Origin: Sphagnum compactum
Taxonomy: Eukaryota
NCBI GenBank assembly: GCA_965153455.1
Contig: OZ234494.1
Location: 806,001 to 870,000, forward strand
Direction of reading: 5' to 3'
DNA: 64,000 nt
The translations under genes and the position numbers were made by a program. Within the stretch, counting starts at the first letter, position 1. Each line of letters opens with the position of its first letter. Positions 36,818 through 50,080 of the stretch are shown piece after piece. The notes beneath the pieces are model-generated. The model searched no databases. It was not told the DNA's origin and saw only the letters and a list, made by a program, of their open reading frames with translations.

Positions 36818-37778
36818 TTATGCTCCTCGAGCTTCTCGTCGTGTGGCATCATGCAGAATATCAACATCAACTCCATCTGGAGGAAGTTGCACATATCGTA
36901 CCACTGACCCTCGAATGAAGCAGTTCTTTACTGAAAGCTGCAAAATCCAAACCACCAGTGCAGGTAGGTAGGTGCTACCAGAAGAATGATTCTGGCAAAT
37001 TCAGGACTTATTTACAGTGCAAAACCTTAGAAAATTACAAAGTGCAAGTGGAATATGAAAAATACAAAATGAATCAATGCTTTACTAAAAGCTGCAGTAT
37101 CCAAACAACCAGCAGGTAGGGTGGGTAGGGTTCCCCAGAAGAATGATTCTGGCAAATTCCGGACTAACACTGCAAAACCCTAGAAAAACCCTAGAAAATT
37201 ACAAAGCACAAGCGGAATAAGAAAAAAAAGAAAAACAAGGGACGGACGACAAAAACCCTTGATTTGGAGGAGAAAGTGCGAACCATGTGCGGGTATTTGG
37301 CTTCGTCGACTACGCGAGTATTCTCTAGTTTGATGTTAAGGTACTGATCGACCGAATGCAAGATACCGGTGATAGCCAAATCATTCTTGAGCTCTACTGT
37401 CACCACCTTCCCAACCAGCTCCTTGAAGTACGAGAAGAAGAGCTGTTGTCACAAACAGACACACACACACCAACCAACCAACCAAACAAACAAACAACCC
37501 CTTTCTTTCAGTTCAGCTGAGCTTTCTTTCTTCATACATATATGTGACATGTATGTGGCGTTTTTTTTTCCCCACCCCTCTCTCTAACATAACAACACAC
37601 TTTTCCTCCAAAGAAACACCTCCGCGATTCATTCGTATACTACCCTAAACCTAAACCTATTGCGAAAACCAAACCACGCCCGAGAATAGAGAACAAGCAA
37701 TAAACTCGCTGAACTTCACCTACAAGTGCTGGTTTCAGGAGAAATAAAAAACAGCGAGTAGAGAAAAATTGTTACCAT
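36818..37778 (-). CDS. LSM2: Sm-like protein LSM2, 93 aa. Exons: 37778-37776 (ATG only), 37442-37284, 36937-36818
   Basis: The spliced product is MLFFSYFKELVGKVVTVELKNDLAITGILHSVDQYLNIKLENTRVVDEAKYPHMLSVKNCFIRGSVVRYVQLPPDGVDVDILHDATRREARGA*. Both introns are GT-AG. Confidence 0.97.
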
Positions 37779-39065
37779 GTTGCTCGAGCTGTGTAGCACC
37801 AGTTCAAACAGCCGATGTCGCCGTGTTTTCTTCGCAAAAAACTCGGATTTTGTTGTTGTTGCAAAACGCAGTAACGCAGTCGCTCCTTCTCTTCAGAAGA
37901 AGACGGTCTTCCCTCGTCTTTTCCTCAACCCAAGTGCTAACCGAGATCCCAGGACTCAATCCAGATCTCAAAAAACACATCTCCGTGTCCCGTTCCAAGT
38001 CTTGTTCCAGGTCTTGTTCCAAGTCTTGTGAATTTTCGGTCCCACGCAGTTCTTTTTTTGTCAATGGAGCTGAAGTGGCGATCGTCCAGAAGATAATTTA
38101 GCCATATTTGGCTACATATTAGATTTGAAAGTAAAAAAATCAGAAGCTTTCTATATTCTTGGCTACCTGCTGGAAAGTATCATATTTTTTTTAATGGAAA
38201 ATACTTTATATAGGTCGAAATCATATTTTTTCAAGTCGAAATTTGGCGAAATGAAGGCATTCGGGTTTTTGCAAAATAAAATGTGAATTTAAAAAATGAA
38301 AATTTTTCCTTCTTTCAAGGGAAAAAGAAAAGAAAAAAAAAAGGAAAAAATGAAGAAGAAAATCTTGTTTTGACATACTAAAGGCTTTTTGAACAGGGCT
38401 TTAAATTTTTTTTTAAAAAAAAACATTTAAAATTTCAAAATTCCTCAAGTATGTCCACTGGCGAGGATCCCTAGTATTAATTAATTAGCCATTTAAATGG
38501 CTACCGTCCTAAGTGGTCTGTAGCAGTTTTACAAAAAGTGCTGCTACAAGTGGCGACCTAGGAAGTGCCTAGGGTCTAGATGTGGTTAATTTAATTATTT
38601 TTAATTCGAAAAATGGCGAAAATAATCCCATATAAATCCCCTACGACATTAATATTTATTGTTAATTTTTAAAATTTTAATATTAAAATAAATTTTAATT
38701 TTAAAAACAAAATTAAAAAAAAAAAAAAAAAACAAGAGGGGTGTGTCAGTCACACTGTGGCCTTGCCATTTACAATAATTAAAAAAAAAAGTATCTTAAG
38801 GCAAAAGAAGAAGAATTATGGAAACTCAAATATTTCACCAAAATTACAATCTTCCCAAAAACCATCCTCTAAAAAGAGACACAAAATCCTCCAAGATATC
38901 ATAACTCTATATATCTAATCTCTCAAGGTTTCCAACACAAGCCCAAAAAATTATTATCTTTCAAAAAAAATCCTTATATGTATTAAAAAAAAAAGACCTA
39001 TTATTATTACTATTATTATTATTATTACCCAAGGGGGGCCAAAATCCCCTTTAAAGCTACTACTA

Positions 39066-39745
39066 GTTTGAACCCGGTGCCTAATGCACAGGTGTGTTAT
39101 TTCAACAATGTTTTGTTCATGTTTTAGTTTTTTAAAAAAACTTTTATCTTTTTTATTTTTTATAATTATTATTTTGTATAATAAAAATAAAGTGTTTCTT
39201 TTTCAAAATCCCCTTTAAAGCTACTATGTGACTCTATAATGAATCTCAACACAATATATATATCCTTAAGGGCCTTGGAAAGCAAGGCCCAATAAAACCA
39301 ACTTGATTTGATTTGATGCAACAAGTGATGATGAGTGAGTGTACATACATCATACATACACACTTACTTGGGAAGTGAAGAACTAAACTTGGATGTGAGA
39401 CATGTTTGAACCCGGTGCCTAATGCACAGGTGTGTTATTTCAACAATGTTTTGTTCATGTTTTAGTTTTTTAAAAAAAATTTTATCTTTTTTATTTTTTA
39501 TAATTATTATTTTGTATAATAAAAATAAAGTGTTTCTTTTTCAAAATCCCCTTTAAAGCTACTATGTGACTCTATAATGAATCTCAACACAATATATATA
39601 TCCTTAAGGGCCTCGGAAAGCAAGGCCCAATAAAACCAACTTGATTTGATTTGATGCAACAAGTGATGATGAGTGAGTGTACATACATCATACATACACA
39701 CTTACTTGGGAAGTGAAGAACTAAACTTGGATGTGAGACATGTTT
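39066..39745. repeat. Recent 338-bp tandem duplication beginning in a Helitron 3'-end fragment
   Basis: 39066-39403 and 39404-39741 are nearly identical (I saw two substitutions), with GTTT microhomology at the junction. The first ~140 bp match the 8270-8420 Helitron end. Confidence 0.95.
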
Positions 39746-40075
39746 TTGCAGAGCCACATATTACTGCTCTGCTGATGACTAGCAAGCACCCGCTGCTGCT
39801 GCTGGGGATGATGATGCTCTCTTCCTTTTCTCATATATGAATGCAAAGAGAACTCCAAAGAATTTGTACACCAAAACCCCATTCATTATTGATTCCATTT
39901 TTGTCAGTGGAGGAAACCCAAAATCAAATAAAATAAATTAAAAATAAAAATCCCTTCCTTGCTTCTTTCCTTCCTTCCTTGCTTCCTTCCTTCTTTCTTT
40001 CTTTCTTTCTTTCTTTTCTAGTAGTAGTAGTACTATACTACCCAGTGGAGCAGGGAGTGTGCAGAGCTCCTACCG

Positions 40076-40564
40076 ATGATGGCTGCCATGAGGAGCTTAC
40101 AAGCAACAATTTTGCGACCACCCAACAATAACAACAACAACAACAACAACAACAACAATTCAGCAGGTGCGTCGTGGTGGTGGTCTTTGGCAGAATTTTT
40201 GTTCACAAACTGTGTCTTTTGCGAGAGTTTTTTTTTTTTTTTTTTTTGTTAAAAAGATTTTTGGGTTCTGCCTTCTTGTGGAGTGCTGTTGTTGTTGTTG
40301 TTGTTGTTGTTTCTCTCTTCTTTTCTCTAGTGTCGATGGAGCATACCGGGTGATGGGTCGTTTCCTGTTTCTCTTTCCTGAATCAAATCCACAAGGGGCA
40401 AGAAGAAAGAAGCCCAAAGTACTTAGTGTAGTACCCTTTGTGACAGAATTTCTCTAGGGTACCATGTCTTGGGGAAGAATTCTTGTTGGAATCTTATGAG
40501 GAGCGAGAAGATTTGATGTAGAAAGCTTTGGGAGACAATTATGGATGATGGGTCTCAATCAAAA

Positions 40565-40632
<68 letters not shown>

Positions 40633-43600
40633 TTTCTGTTTTCCTGAAGAGGGGGGAGTGGGTTTTCAGAAGGCAGACAGACCTTCCTAGTTTTATAACC
40701 TGGTGTGGGGGATGTGGTGGTGATGGTGCTTGTGGATGCTGCCTGCAGTTGGGTTGGATGGTGGTAGGGAGAATGAGAATTTGGGTATGGAGCTGATGGG
40801 TGTTGCCATACCTGGGTCAGCCAGGCAGGAGCTCCAAGTGGCAAGGATGCTGCATTGCCCTAGTACTTTGAACAAGCAAAGGGTGATGATGCTGGCTTCT
40901 TCTTCTTCTTCCACATTGGGTTGCAAGAAGAAGCAACGTGGTGATGCATTCTTTACAGAGGTTAGAGGACTCTCACTCACTCACTCACTCACTCACTCAC
41001 ACAGTGGACCACTGCCTTGTTGCAATGAACACAACAAGAAAGATGTGAATCTGATCGTCATAAATGTGTTTATCTGTCCTCAAACCCTTACTACTCTCAT
41101 CATGGATTTGGACATTGTCACTGACCACCAGCTTCAGAGTTTCTAACCCTAAAATCCTTGATGACAATCTATGACTAATTTTGTCGCAGTTTCCAAACAC
41201 AGAAGGAAATGGTTCATGGACTCTACATAAATAAAAAGGGAAGAAGAGGAGAAGAATCAGAGTGTGTATATATCTCATTGTTGTCACAAGACCCGTTTGA
41301 ATACAATCTGAAACCCTTTGTGGTGGTTTCAAACTTTTGGGGGTTTGTGTGCTGCAGCCTGCTGTAGCACGGTGTACTACGTTTGGTGGGCGGGGACTTG
41401 TGCCATCAAGGTCTAGCTGTACACATTACGTTTGCTGTGCTGACAACCAAAGGGTGAAGATTTTTTGTCCCAAGATTGTGTGTCAACTGTGGTGTGTGTT
41501 TGTCCCAAAAGGGTAGTTTTGTCTTGAGAGTAGTGTGGTGAAAAATGGCTGCTGAAATGGTCAGTTTCTACACTTATTTGTGGTGTTTTTTCTTGGGCTT
41601 GCAGGCCAGCAGCTCCTTTGTCAGTAGTGATTTGGATAATGGAGCAGAAGAGGAAGGCATTTGGGAGCGTGTTCAGTTGTTAGAAAGGCAAGTACTTGTG
41701 TTTCCGTAGGTTTGAAGTCAAGACATTAATAAAAAAGAAAAAGTGAAAAAAATTCCAAAGATGGGCTGCACTTAATTGCAGCTAAGGAAATTTGACAACT
41801 TTTAGTTGCTGTAGGTCCTCTATGTCTTGTTTTCAGACAAGTCCCATTTAAGTGAACTTTGAATGTATTTATTGTACTCTTGCTGCTGCTGTGCTCTGAG
41901 AGTTGTTGGTTGACGATGAGAACATGGCTTTGGACTTATGCAGGCAGTTAGGAGTTGCAGTTAGCGAGGAGAATTATGCAGAGGCTTCAAGGTGATAAAT
42001 CATCTTTATGCCTGTCCCCCCTGTCCTTGCTGATCCCTGTCTATCCATCTCTTAGCCCATGCATGCATGTATGAGTTGTACCTGCTACTGAATGCTCTCT
42101 AACAGCACGGATGGAAGGAGGAGGGCTATTGCAGCATGCCACAGCTTCAAAGCAGGCTATGTAATTCAAGCCCTAGGTCATGCTGCTTTCTGCTGAAGTG
42201 TGGTTCTGGAACTGTTGATCCTCTGCACACACTTCTTAGAGACCCTAGTTACCACAAATAGAGTGCGGTAGCCCACATGTGCATGGAAGAGGGATGGGCT
42301 TGGCAGGTTGCGGGACCAGATACTGGGCTTGAAGGGTCGCTTAACTCCTGCTGAGCAGGTAATGTTCACTGACCAGGGATTGCTTAATGAGACTGTGCAG
42401 TAATATTTGCTAATGAGCTAGAGGAATTGGTTTGGAGAATTTTGTCCTCCTGTGGCAGCTGAACCACATTAGAAGATCTTGATGCCAATGTCACTGATGT
42501 ATCTGTGATTGTTGTGGGCTTTGCCAGTTTTTGCTGACAAATTCAGGACGACTAACAAATGGGAGTCTAGGCCAGAGGATGACAGCAATTGCGGTCTGGG
42601 GACTCAATCCCCTCCCCTTTTTCTCATTTCACCTCTGATGTACTTGTATTCCTGGGTGTTGCAATCTGCATGAATATCATGTGTGCTATATAACGAAAGA
42701 ACTCATTTATGAGACTGAATCTGTGGGGTATGTATGGGTGGTTAGGCTATGGGTGATTTAGGGGACCATCGCACATTGCCTATACTTTTGAATGGGTTGC
42801 GTGATGAGAACCCCCATATAGTTGACCAAACTGAGAAGGTGCAAAGCAATTATCTCTCATCTACAATCATCAAATGACAACTTGTGCGAGCTTGAAGTTT
42901 GTGCCACTACTATCTTGGGTGTCAATCAATGTTTGTGGTTTTGAAGCTGATGAGTGGTCTGTTTTGTGAAGGCAATGTGGAAAATCTTCATGCGCTCTGG
43001 GATGGAAGAGGTTGATCAGCGACTACAGGTATAGAACATCATCCCCACTTTGTGATTTTTGTAACTATCTTTGACCCAATTAAAAAATCTATCTTTCGAA
43101 GATGTGCTGCTGCTACTCTTAGTTTGAACAAATGCTTTCCTTGGTCTGAGGGCGGTCAACTGAAAGCTTTGACAACATGAACTTGACTTATCTGGTACAC
43201 TGGCTTTCTTTTCTCATGTATGCATGTTGGAGATAATTGCAACATTTACTGTGAGGTCATGGAACTCTTATGCAGGAGGGGGTTGCACAATTGATCTCAA
43301 GGGATGGATACAGGCAAGCGGAGAGTGTCTTCACTGAGGTCTAGTCTCAAACCTGCCCATCAATGAATATCTGTATTTACATGATCCTTTGCCCACAGGT
43401 TCCATAAACAGGGCGACAGGGGGGGCTGATTCAAGGGTAGTGGCATCAATGCCCACAGATCATAAAAATGGCGCCCTCATTCGCTGAAGGATACAACAAG
43501 CGTGCCACAGTGTATTATCTCTTGCAGGCATGAAATTTGTTCTCTGATGCCACACAACACAATGCAGAATATGGTACTTCAGTGATTCTTCAGATGGATG

Positions 43601-44639
43601 GCAGCTTTGTGAATAAGGAGCAATATTTGATTTTGCTGTGAATTTGAGCACGTAGGCTGCTTTAAGAGTCTTACCTATCTTGATTCTTCCTGACCAGATA
43701 AAATTCTTTGGAACAGGAATATGAAGAAGCAATACAAGATTGTCGAAGCACGTTAGCTTTGAATCCATACCATTTTGGGGCACTTAGTGGTAAATTTCTT
43801 AAACCCTGATTTATCTCAACCCTTGTGAAAGACTTCTTGTGTTTTCCCCTCTTTTTGTTTTCTCGATGACACTCATTGCACTCATATACATTGGATGTAC
43901 CACTGGTGGTGGATTCCTAGTGTGGGTATGGATCATGATGACTACATGATTCTGCTGTGTTCATAGGTCTTGGGCTTTGTTATGCTGCCCTTCAAGATCT
44001 GGAGTCAGCACTCTTTTGGTTTGAGAAAGCATTTACATTGCATCCAGGTTTGCTTCTGGTAAGTTCTTTGAGCTCTGCACATCTCTCTCTTCTCATCTGC
44101 TCTATATGCTTAAATGATGAAGAACTAGGTCCTGTTTTTGTGAGGAGGTGGGTGGGTGGGTGAGTGATGGCTGCTACAGTGATTGGCACTGCAAAATACT
44201 AACATGTCTTCATTTATGCAATTTGAAGATTGAGTTATCCTCATGATATATACATAGCCATGAAGGTACTGTTTGTGTAGGTGGGTCCTCTCTTAAATAT
44301 AGCAATGTCTTCAACATTCTACAAAGTTTCTGACTGATGGGTTTGTGCTTGTAGATTGGCAAATACATTGAAGCTTTGAAGCAGGTAAGATAGAATGTTT
44401 TTTTCCTGCAAGAGTTGGATGTCTCTTTTGGCGGCTCCAATCCTATTTATGGTGCTGGTTAGCAGCAATGTATTAGAATTTTGGTTAAGAATTTTCATTC
44501 TGGTGGAATCTTGGAAAATTTGGAGTAGAGGAGAGACATATGGGGTGTTAAATCTCTTGGGTGGGGTGAATGGCATTTGTTCCAGAAGCTAGCTCAACGG
44601 AATGGAAGTAGTGAGACAAGGGATCGTGATAGCCAGTAA
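40076..44639 (+). CDS. 392-aa UVR-motif + HEAT-like + tetratricopeptide-repeat protein with a long, possibly organelle-targeting N-terminus. Exons: 40076-40166, 40749-40960, 41358-41453, 41605-41687, 41944-41991, 42307-42358, 42528-42593, 42746-42838, 42972-43028, 43276-43338, 43459-43527, 43717-43789, 43967-44058, 44355-44384, 44586-44639
   Basis: Fifteen small exons join in phase (1179 nt). Motifs: LERQLGVAVSEENYAEASRLRDQI (UvrB/C), AIAAMGDLGDHRTLPILLNGLRDENPHIV (HEAT), APSFAEGYNKRATVYYLLQEYEEAIQDCRSTLALNPYHFGALSGLGLCY (TPR). The N-terminal exons are less certain; an alternative ATG lies at 40787. Confidence 0.85.
40569..40630. repeat. (GA)n microsatellite (~31 units) in intron 1 of the TPR gene
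   Basis: Read directly. Confidence 0.95.
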
Positions 44640-45087
44640 AAAAACAGAAAGTTTGCTGACGACGGACACATTGTGTTTCAGATACTTGGTTCCAGCTTTG
44701 TATAAAGTTTTCTGTGAGGGTTATGTTGACATGAGTTGATCCTGGAATCTATTATAATCAATAGTAGTAACTTTGGGGTGATTGACTTGTATATGTTGCA
44801 ACTACAAACTATGTCTCTTAAAGTTTGTAGAAGGCATTCTCCCATTCGTCACTGGGGCACCCTGAAACCATCCACATCAACTTGGGAGTTGCTTGGATAT
44901 GATCAGACTCAAATGTTGCTTGCAGTACAGGGATATACTATCAACTAGAATTTATTGCTTGCACGATAGGAATGTTATGTTCTGTTTTATCAACCACCCA
45001 TTGAGGACTGACTGCAGGTGGAACGCTGTTCAAATATTTTAGCTGTATGTGTGCAACAAAGTGTCCAATGCTGAAAGTTGATGGTGG

Positions 45088-45264
45088 TAGTGTTGGGTGG
45101 GTTGGGTGGTTATGGACTTTTGAACATACCAGCTAGTACTAGTATTTGAACAAAATTTCATGTGAGCCATGTACTGGTATTGGATCTCTTTTAAAACTTT
45201 GATAGGAGCCTGGTCTTGGTATTAGGTATTAGGGTCCAAGGCTGATTTTTGGCTGGTATGGGGC

Positions 45265-45298
<34 letters not shown>

Positions 45299-45536
45299 GG
45301 TATTAAGATTTGTACAGCTCTGGTTGGAGCTGGTATTACCTCATGTCCCTATTAGCAAGGTACTGGTATGAGGCTGCTATAATCCCATGTTCTGACTTCC
45401 TACTCTCTACTAGGCCGGTGCCTGGTACAAGGCCGGTATTGCCTAAGATCATACCATTTTGATCAGTTCTTTGATACCGGGACCACATCAGTCTATATAC
45501 CAAGGTTGGTTCCAGCCTGTTACCCACCCAACACTG
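45088..45536. mobile_element. hAT-type MITE
   Basis: TIRs TAGTGTTGGGTGGGT ... ACCCACCCAACACTG with internal repeated CTGGTAT/ATACCAG motifs. No clear 8-bp TSD. Confidence 0.6.
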
Positions 45537-47053
45537 GTAATGAGTTCTAAACCAAGTTGGAGCTGATTCAAAGAGAGTGCTTTTCTTGGGAGGGCACATG
45601 AAATGTGCCGTTGTCAATGGTTTCAAAAGGCTTGGTTTGTTTGCTGTGATACTCTCAGTTAAGGAGGAAATATAGGTAAGCTGGAAGGTGTTTCTATTGG
45701 TAGATTTGCTAGAGTGTTTTGCCAGTCTCCAGACCAGCCCTGCACCAGAGATTGTATGAAGCTGATATTTCAGAGTAAGGAGCTGGCGGAAGTTATTGGC
45801 TCATATAACTGAACTGTGGGAGATTGAAAGGACTATCATGATTTTGTTTACAGCAGGTCCACCAGCGGCAGTAGAAGCTGGAGAGTTTGGACTTGAAAAT
45901 ATGCACAAAATAATATTGCTCTCCAAAAGGGTCAAGAAAGAAGTAAGATTTGGGTTTGATTGCCTGGTCATAGTAATAATTGGGCCATGCGGTAATGTTT
46001 GGTTTTGGCTCAGGAAAATGGTTTTACTCCTGCATATTCTTATGGTTCACTGAGGCTGGTGAAAGGTGCAGCAAAGCTGTGCATGTGCTAGAGAAGAGTG
46101 TAATAAATGTGATCTAACTGTGCGTCCCTGTTTCTGATTGGGGGATCATAATGATTGGTCCAGGTGGTTTGCTATTGTGGTATTCAAATTTTCAATTGTC
46201 TTGCACTTGATAAGCTCAGATTGTTTTTTACACTGATTATGATGGTTTGCAGAATTGCTAATTCTGCAAGCACAAGACATAAGTAAAATTCTTGTTTTGT
46301 AAATTGTTTGGGAAATTGCTGTCTTCACAAGAGTGACGCCGGTTATGAAAGTTGCAAAGGCCATTGCGAGTGAAAATTGGGAAAATTTGGAAAATTCTGG
46401 TTTTTCTGGTGCAATTTGGAAATTCTCAACAATTTTCTTTTTCTTTTTTTTTTTTTTTTGCTCCCAAAGAACAAAATTTTGTGAAGGAAATTAAAGAATC
46501 TTTTTGGAATATTCCACTATTTGACATGAAATCTTCAAAATTAATCAATTATTTAATTAACAGAAATATGTTGAAGCTGCCCTTGTATTATGATATATAT
46601 ATATCATGGAAATGTTTACCCGCATGATAGTTAACAAGGCACAGCTGCCTGGCCTCAAATCCTTTCTTTATTTTCTTTTCCAAATCTGGCAAATTATGTC
46701 ATGATATTCTTTTTGTATGTGTGAAAATCATAATTTTTCAGGTTAGAAAAAGTGAAAAAAATTGCCCCCAAAAAAAAGGATTTGAAAAAAAAAAAAGAGT
46801 AAATTGTGTTCACCATCAAGTCCCATGACACATGTGTTCACCATCAAATCCCATGACTTGATGATATGCATCATGAGCATTATGAGAAGTGCATTGAAAG
46901 CGAGTCTTTGCTGTTTGGGGGAGGGAAAAAAAATGAATAATTTTTTTTTTCAAAAAAATTAATTTGTTGTTTAAAAATTTGAAATGATTGAATTTTCCAT
47001 GATCTAGTATGATATATGGTCACATGAGTAGTGAAATTAACCTATGATAATTA

Positions 47054-47167
47054 TGATGATTTTTATTTTTTATTTTTTATTTCTCGTGATACCTAGAGGG
47101 TTCCCAGCAGATACCTGCCGGGTATCATGAGAAAAATGAAAAAATGGAAAAAAAAAAAAAATCATCA
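47054..47167. repeat. Short foldback element
   Basis: TGATGATTTT...TTTCTCGTGATACC pairs with GGTATCATGAGAAA...AAAATCATCA. Confidence 0.7.
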
Positions 47168-49789
47168 ACTTTTATGTCGTCTAATGCCCTTGATTGGCCA
47201 TTAATGCCCATGACCTTGGCCATTACATTACACAAAACAAGCGACGCATTGTGTAATTTTCCTGCCCCAGATCACACGGTCAACCAAAAATATTTAAAAT
47301 AGGAAATGTTCCATGAATTTTATTATAAAAATAAATAAATAAATAAATATATTAAAAAAAAAAAAAAAAAAAAACCCCGCCCTTTACAATAACACATGGC
47401 AACAAAAACAATTGAGTGTGAAAAATTGGCTATTGGCACAAAGAAAAGGGCATTTGGTACACACAAGTGCATGTGCCAGTGCATGTAATAATGTTGGATC
47501 CAGTGGAATAAATGGCAAGGATTTTTATTTTTATTTTTATTTTTTCTTTTCATTTCAAACTTTGAAACAATTGCATTACTTCCATTTATATGATGGGTAA
47601 GATGTGATCACTCAATCACCACCGTCTAATGAGTGACAATAATATTTTCCATGCTCGACAATAATTTCTGATTGGATTTTTCTTTTATTAAAAATAATCT
47701 TTTAGGGTTTGGGTGTTTGGTTTTTTTCTCCTCCTTCAAGAAGTTATCCTCTATATGTTATGATATATATATTAACACCCTCTATATGTTATATGTATTT
47801 TTTAGTATATAGCATTACTTGTGCACTTTGATTTTCCTTGGGTAGCCTTGGCCCAACTTAAGTTTTTCTCAAAAAAGATGGATGATGCCTAAATACACTT
47901 TGGACCCATGTCATGAGGTTTTGGGCTTGTAATGGACACTAGGTGCATGAGTGTATGGGGTTAAAGACGGGTATGCATAGGCCATTGAAATTAGTACCGT
48001 ATTTGGGATTAGACGCAAGGGCACTGGCCTCGTCTAAGTTGTAATAGTTCTACTAAATGTATTTCTGTTTAAACTACTTGTTATATACAATAACAACAAT
48101 AACAACAACAATAATAATAGTATTATCATATCATGGATTATAATAATGATGGAAAATAATAGTTTTGATGGTTGTTGTTAAATTGACCTGAAAAATATGT
48201 TTTCGAAAACAAAGGAAGAAATGAAAAAAATGGCCCTAATTTAGAACCAGATTTTTAAAAATAAAAATTTAAATCACCAAATTTCTACAACATGTTCTAG
48301 TAAGTAGCCAAAAATGTAAAATGATTATTAAAATTTTCTATTTTACATCTCGCATATATATCTAAATTTGGATAAATCTTCTTGCTGATGATCCCCAATT
48401 TGGCTATATCAGAAAATTAGAAAAAGAAAAGAAAAAGAAAACCCTGGAACTTGCTTTCAAGTTTCAATCAACTCCAACCACCATGGTTGTTTATTGGGTG
48501 TGAAATTATTTTTGCCAAAATGAAAAAAGAAAGTTGGGGCTATTACCCTACACAAAACATTTTGAGATTTTAAAAAAAAAATATCCACAAAAAAAAAGTG
48601 AGGCTTTTGTATTGGGTTTTACCAAATTTAGAAGAGGTAACCAAACAAGGAGCAAGATTACAAAATGTGTTTTTATTGTCGTACTTATTATGTTGTGATT
48701 TAGTGTTAAATCCTTCTTGAGATGCTAGCCAAGGATGCAACATTAAAAAAGTTGAAAAAAAATAAAAATCATTGACTCCAACCCACAATCATTAAAAGAT
48801 AATTTGTTTGATAATATATACATTCAAAAATGTAATTTAAAAAAAAAACATATTTAGCATACTACTAAATGCTAAATCATTCATTTCATGATCCAATTAA
48901 TTACAATTGGCCTAGATGTTGAGATATAAATCGAAATCTCGAGATCATAATTGAGGATAACACCTCACCAAGTTTTATGGATTCTTTTGGGAAACATTGT
49001 ACATGGGACTCTTACAATTTGCTACACACTAATGCACATTAAACAATTAAAGGTCTTATACTATTTGTGAAAATCCAGACGTCGATTTTTTTTTGAATGT
49101 ATGATATAAACTTAAAATAAAAACGCCCCCGAAAAAAACTTATTGGTAAAAGCCATAAACACTTAGATTTTTTATAATGTTTTGCCAAAATCCAGATGTC
49201 AAATATTTTTTGAGCTATGATATTATTAGCATGTCATAAAAACTATATACCTACTTGATAAAGACCATATTTCTACTTTTTTTTTTTTTTTTCAGACTAA
49301 TGATTTAGTGCATATTTTTAAAACATAGCAACAATGGAATTGTAGGTAATGATGGGAGCTCACTTAATGGATTACTAGCCAATTTTGGTATCTTAAAGTA
49401 TCATTAAGGTTGATGCCCTTTTTGAAACCCGTTTAGAGATTTTCCCTGGGCTAAGAACTACCCATTTGAAACCCTTCCACATTTATAAAAAAATAAATTG
49501 ATACCCCGTCAAGATATTAAAAGTTAGTAGGGTTGAATATTAGTAAGTTTCATTTATTGTGGTAGTTGCTAGGTAGGTTTTTTTTAAAAAAGAAAGGGTG
49601 GTTTCCAATCGTGCTACACAAGTAGAGCAACCCTTGAGTTCTTTTCTTTTCCTCTTTCATTTTCTTTATAAATAAGGACAATGTTTAGGTATTTCAAGGT
49701 ATGCGTAGTGCTTAAGTGTTTGTTTTCAATTTTTGCTTGGATTAATCATGGTAATCTTGTGCTCTTTCTTTGCTCATAGCTTGTATTAT

Positions 49790-50080
49790 TTCCTTGTTGT
49801 GCTCTGTTGGTGTTTGTTGGCACATGCTTGTTGTGCTCTATTGATGTTTTTTGGCGTGTCCTTGTTGTGGTTTGTTGGTGTTTGTAGGAACGTCCTTGTT
49901 TTGCTCTACTGGTGCTCATCAACGTTATTGCCTCCTTGTTGTGCTCTGTTGGTGTTTGTTGGCACATCCTTGTTGTGCTCTATTGATGTTTTTTGGCGTG
50001 TCCTTGTTGTGGTTTGTTGGTGTTTGTAGGAACATCCTTGTTTTGCTCTATTGGTGCTCATCAACGCTTATTGCCTCCTT
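49790..50080. repeat. GT-rich tandem array (~33-bp subunits, ~143-bp higher-order duplication) upstream of the hAT relic
   Basis: CCTTGTTGTGCTCTGTTGGTGTTTGTTGGCACAT... repeats at ~49792 and ~49935. Confidence 0.8.
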
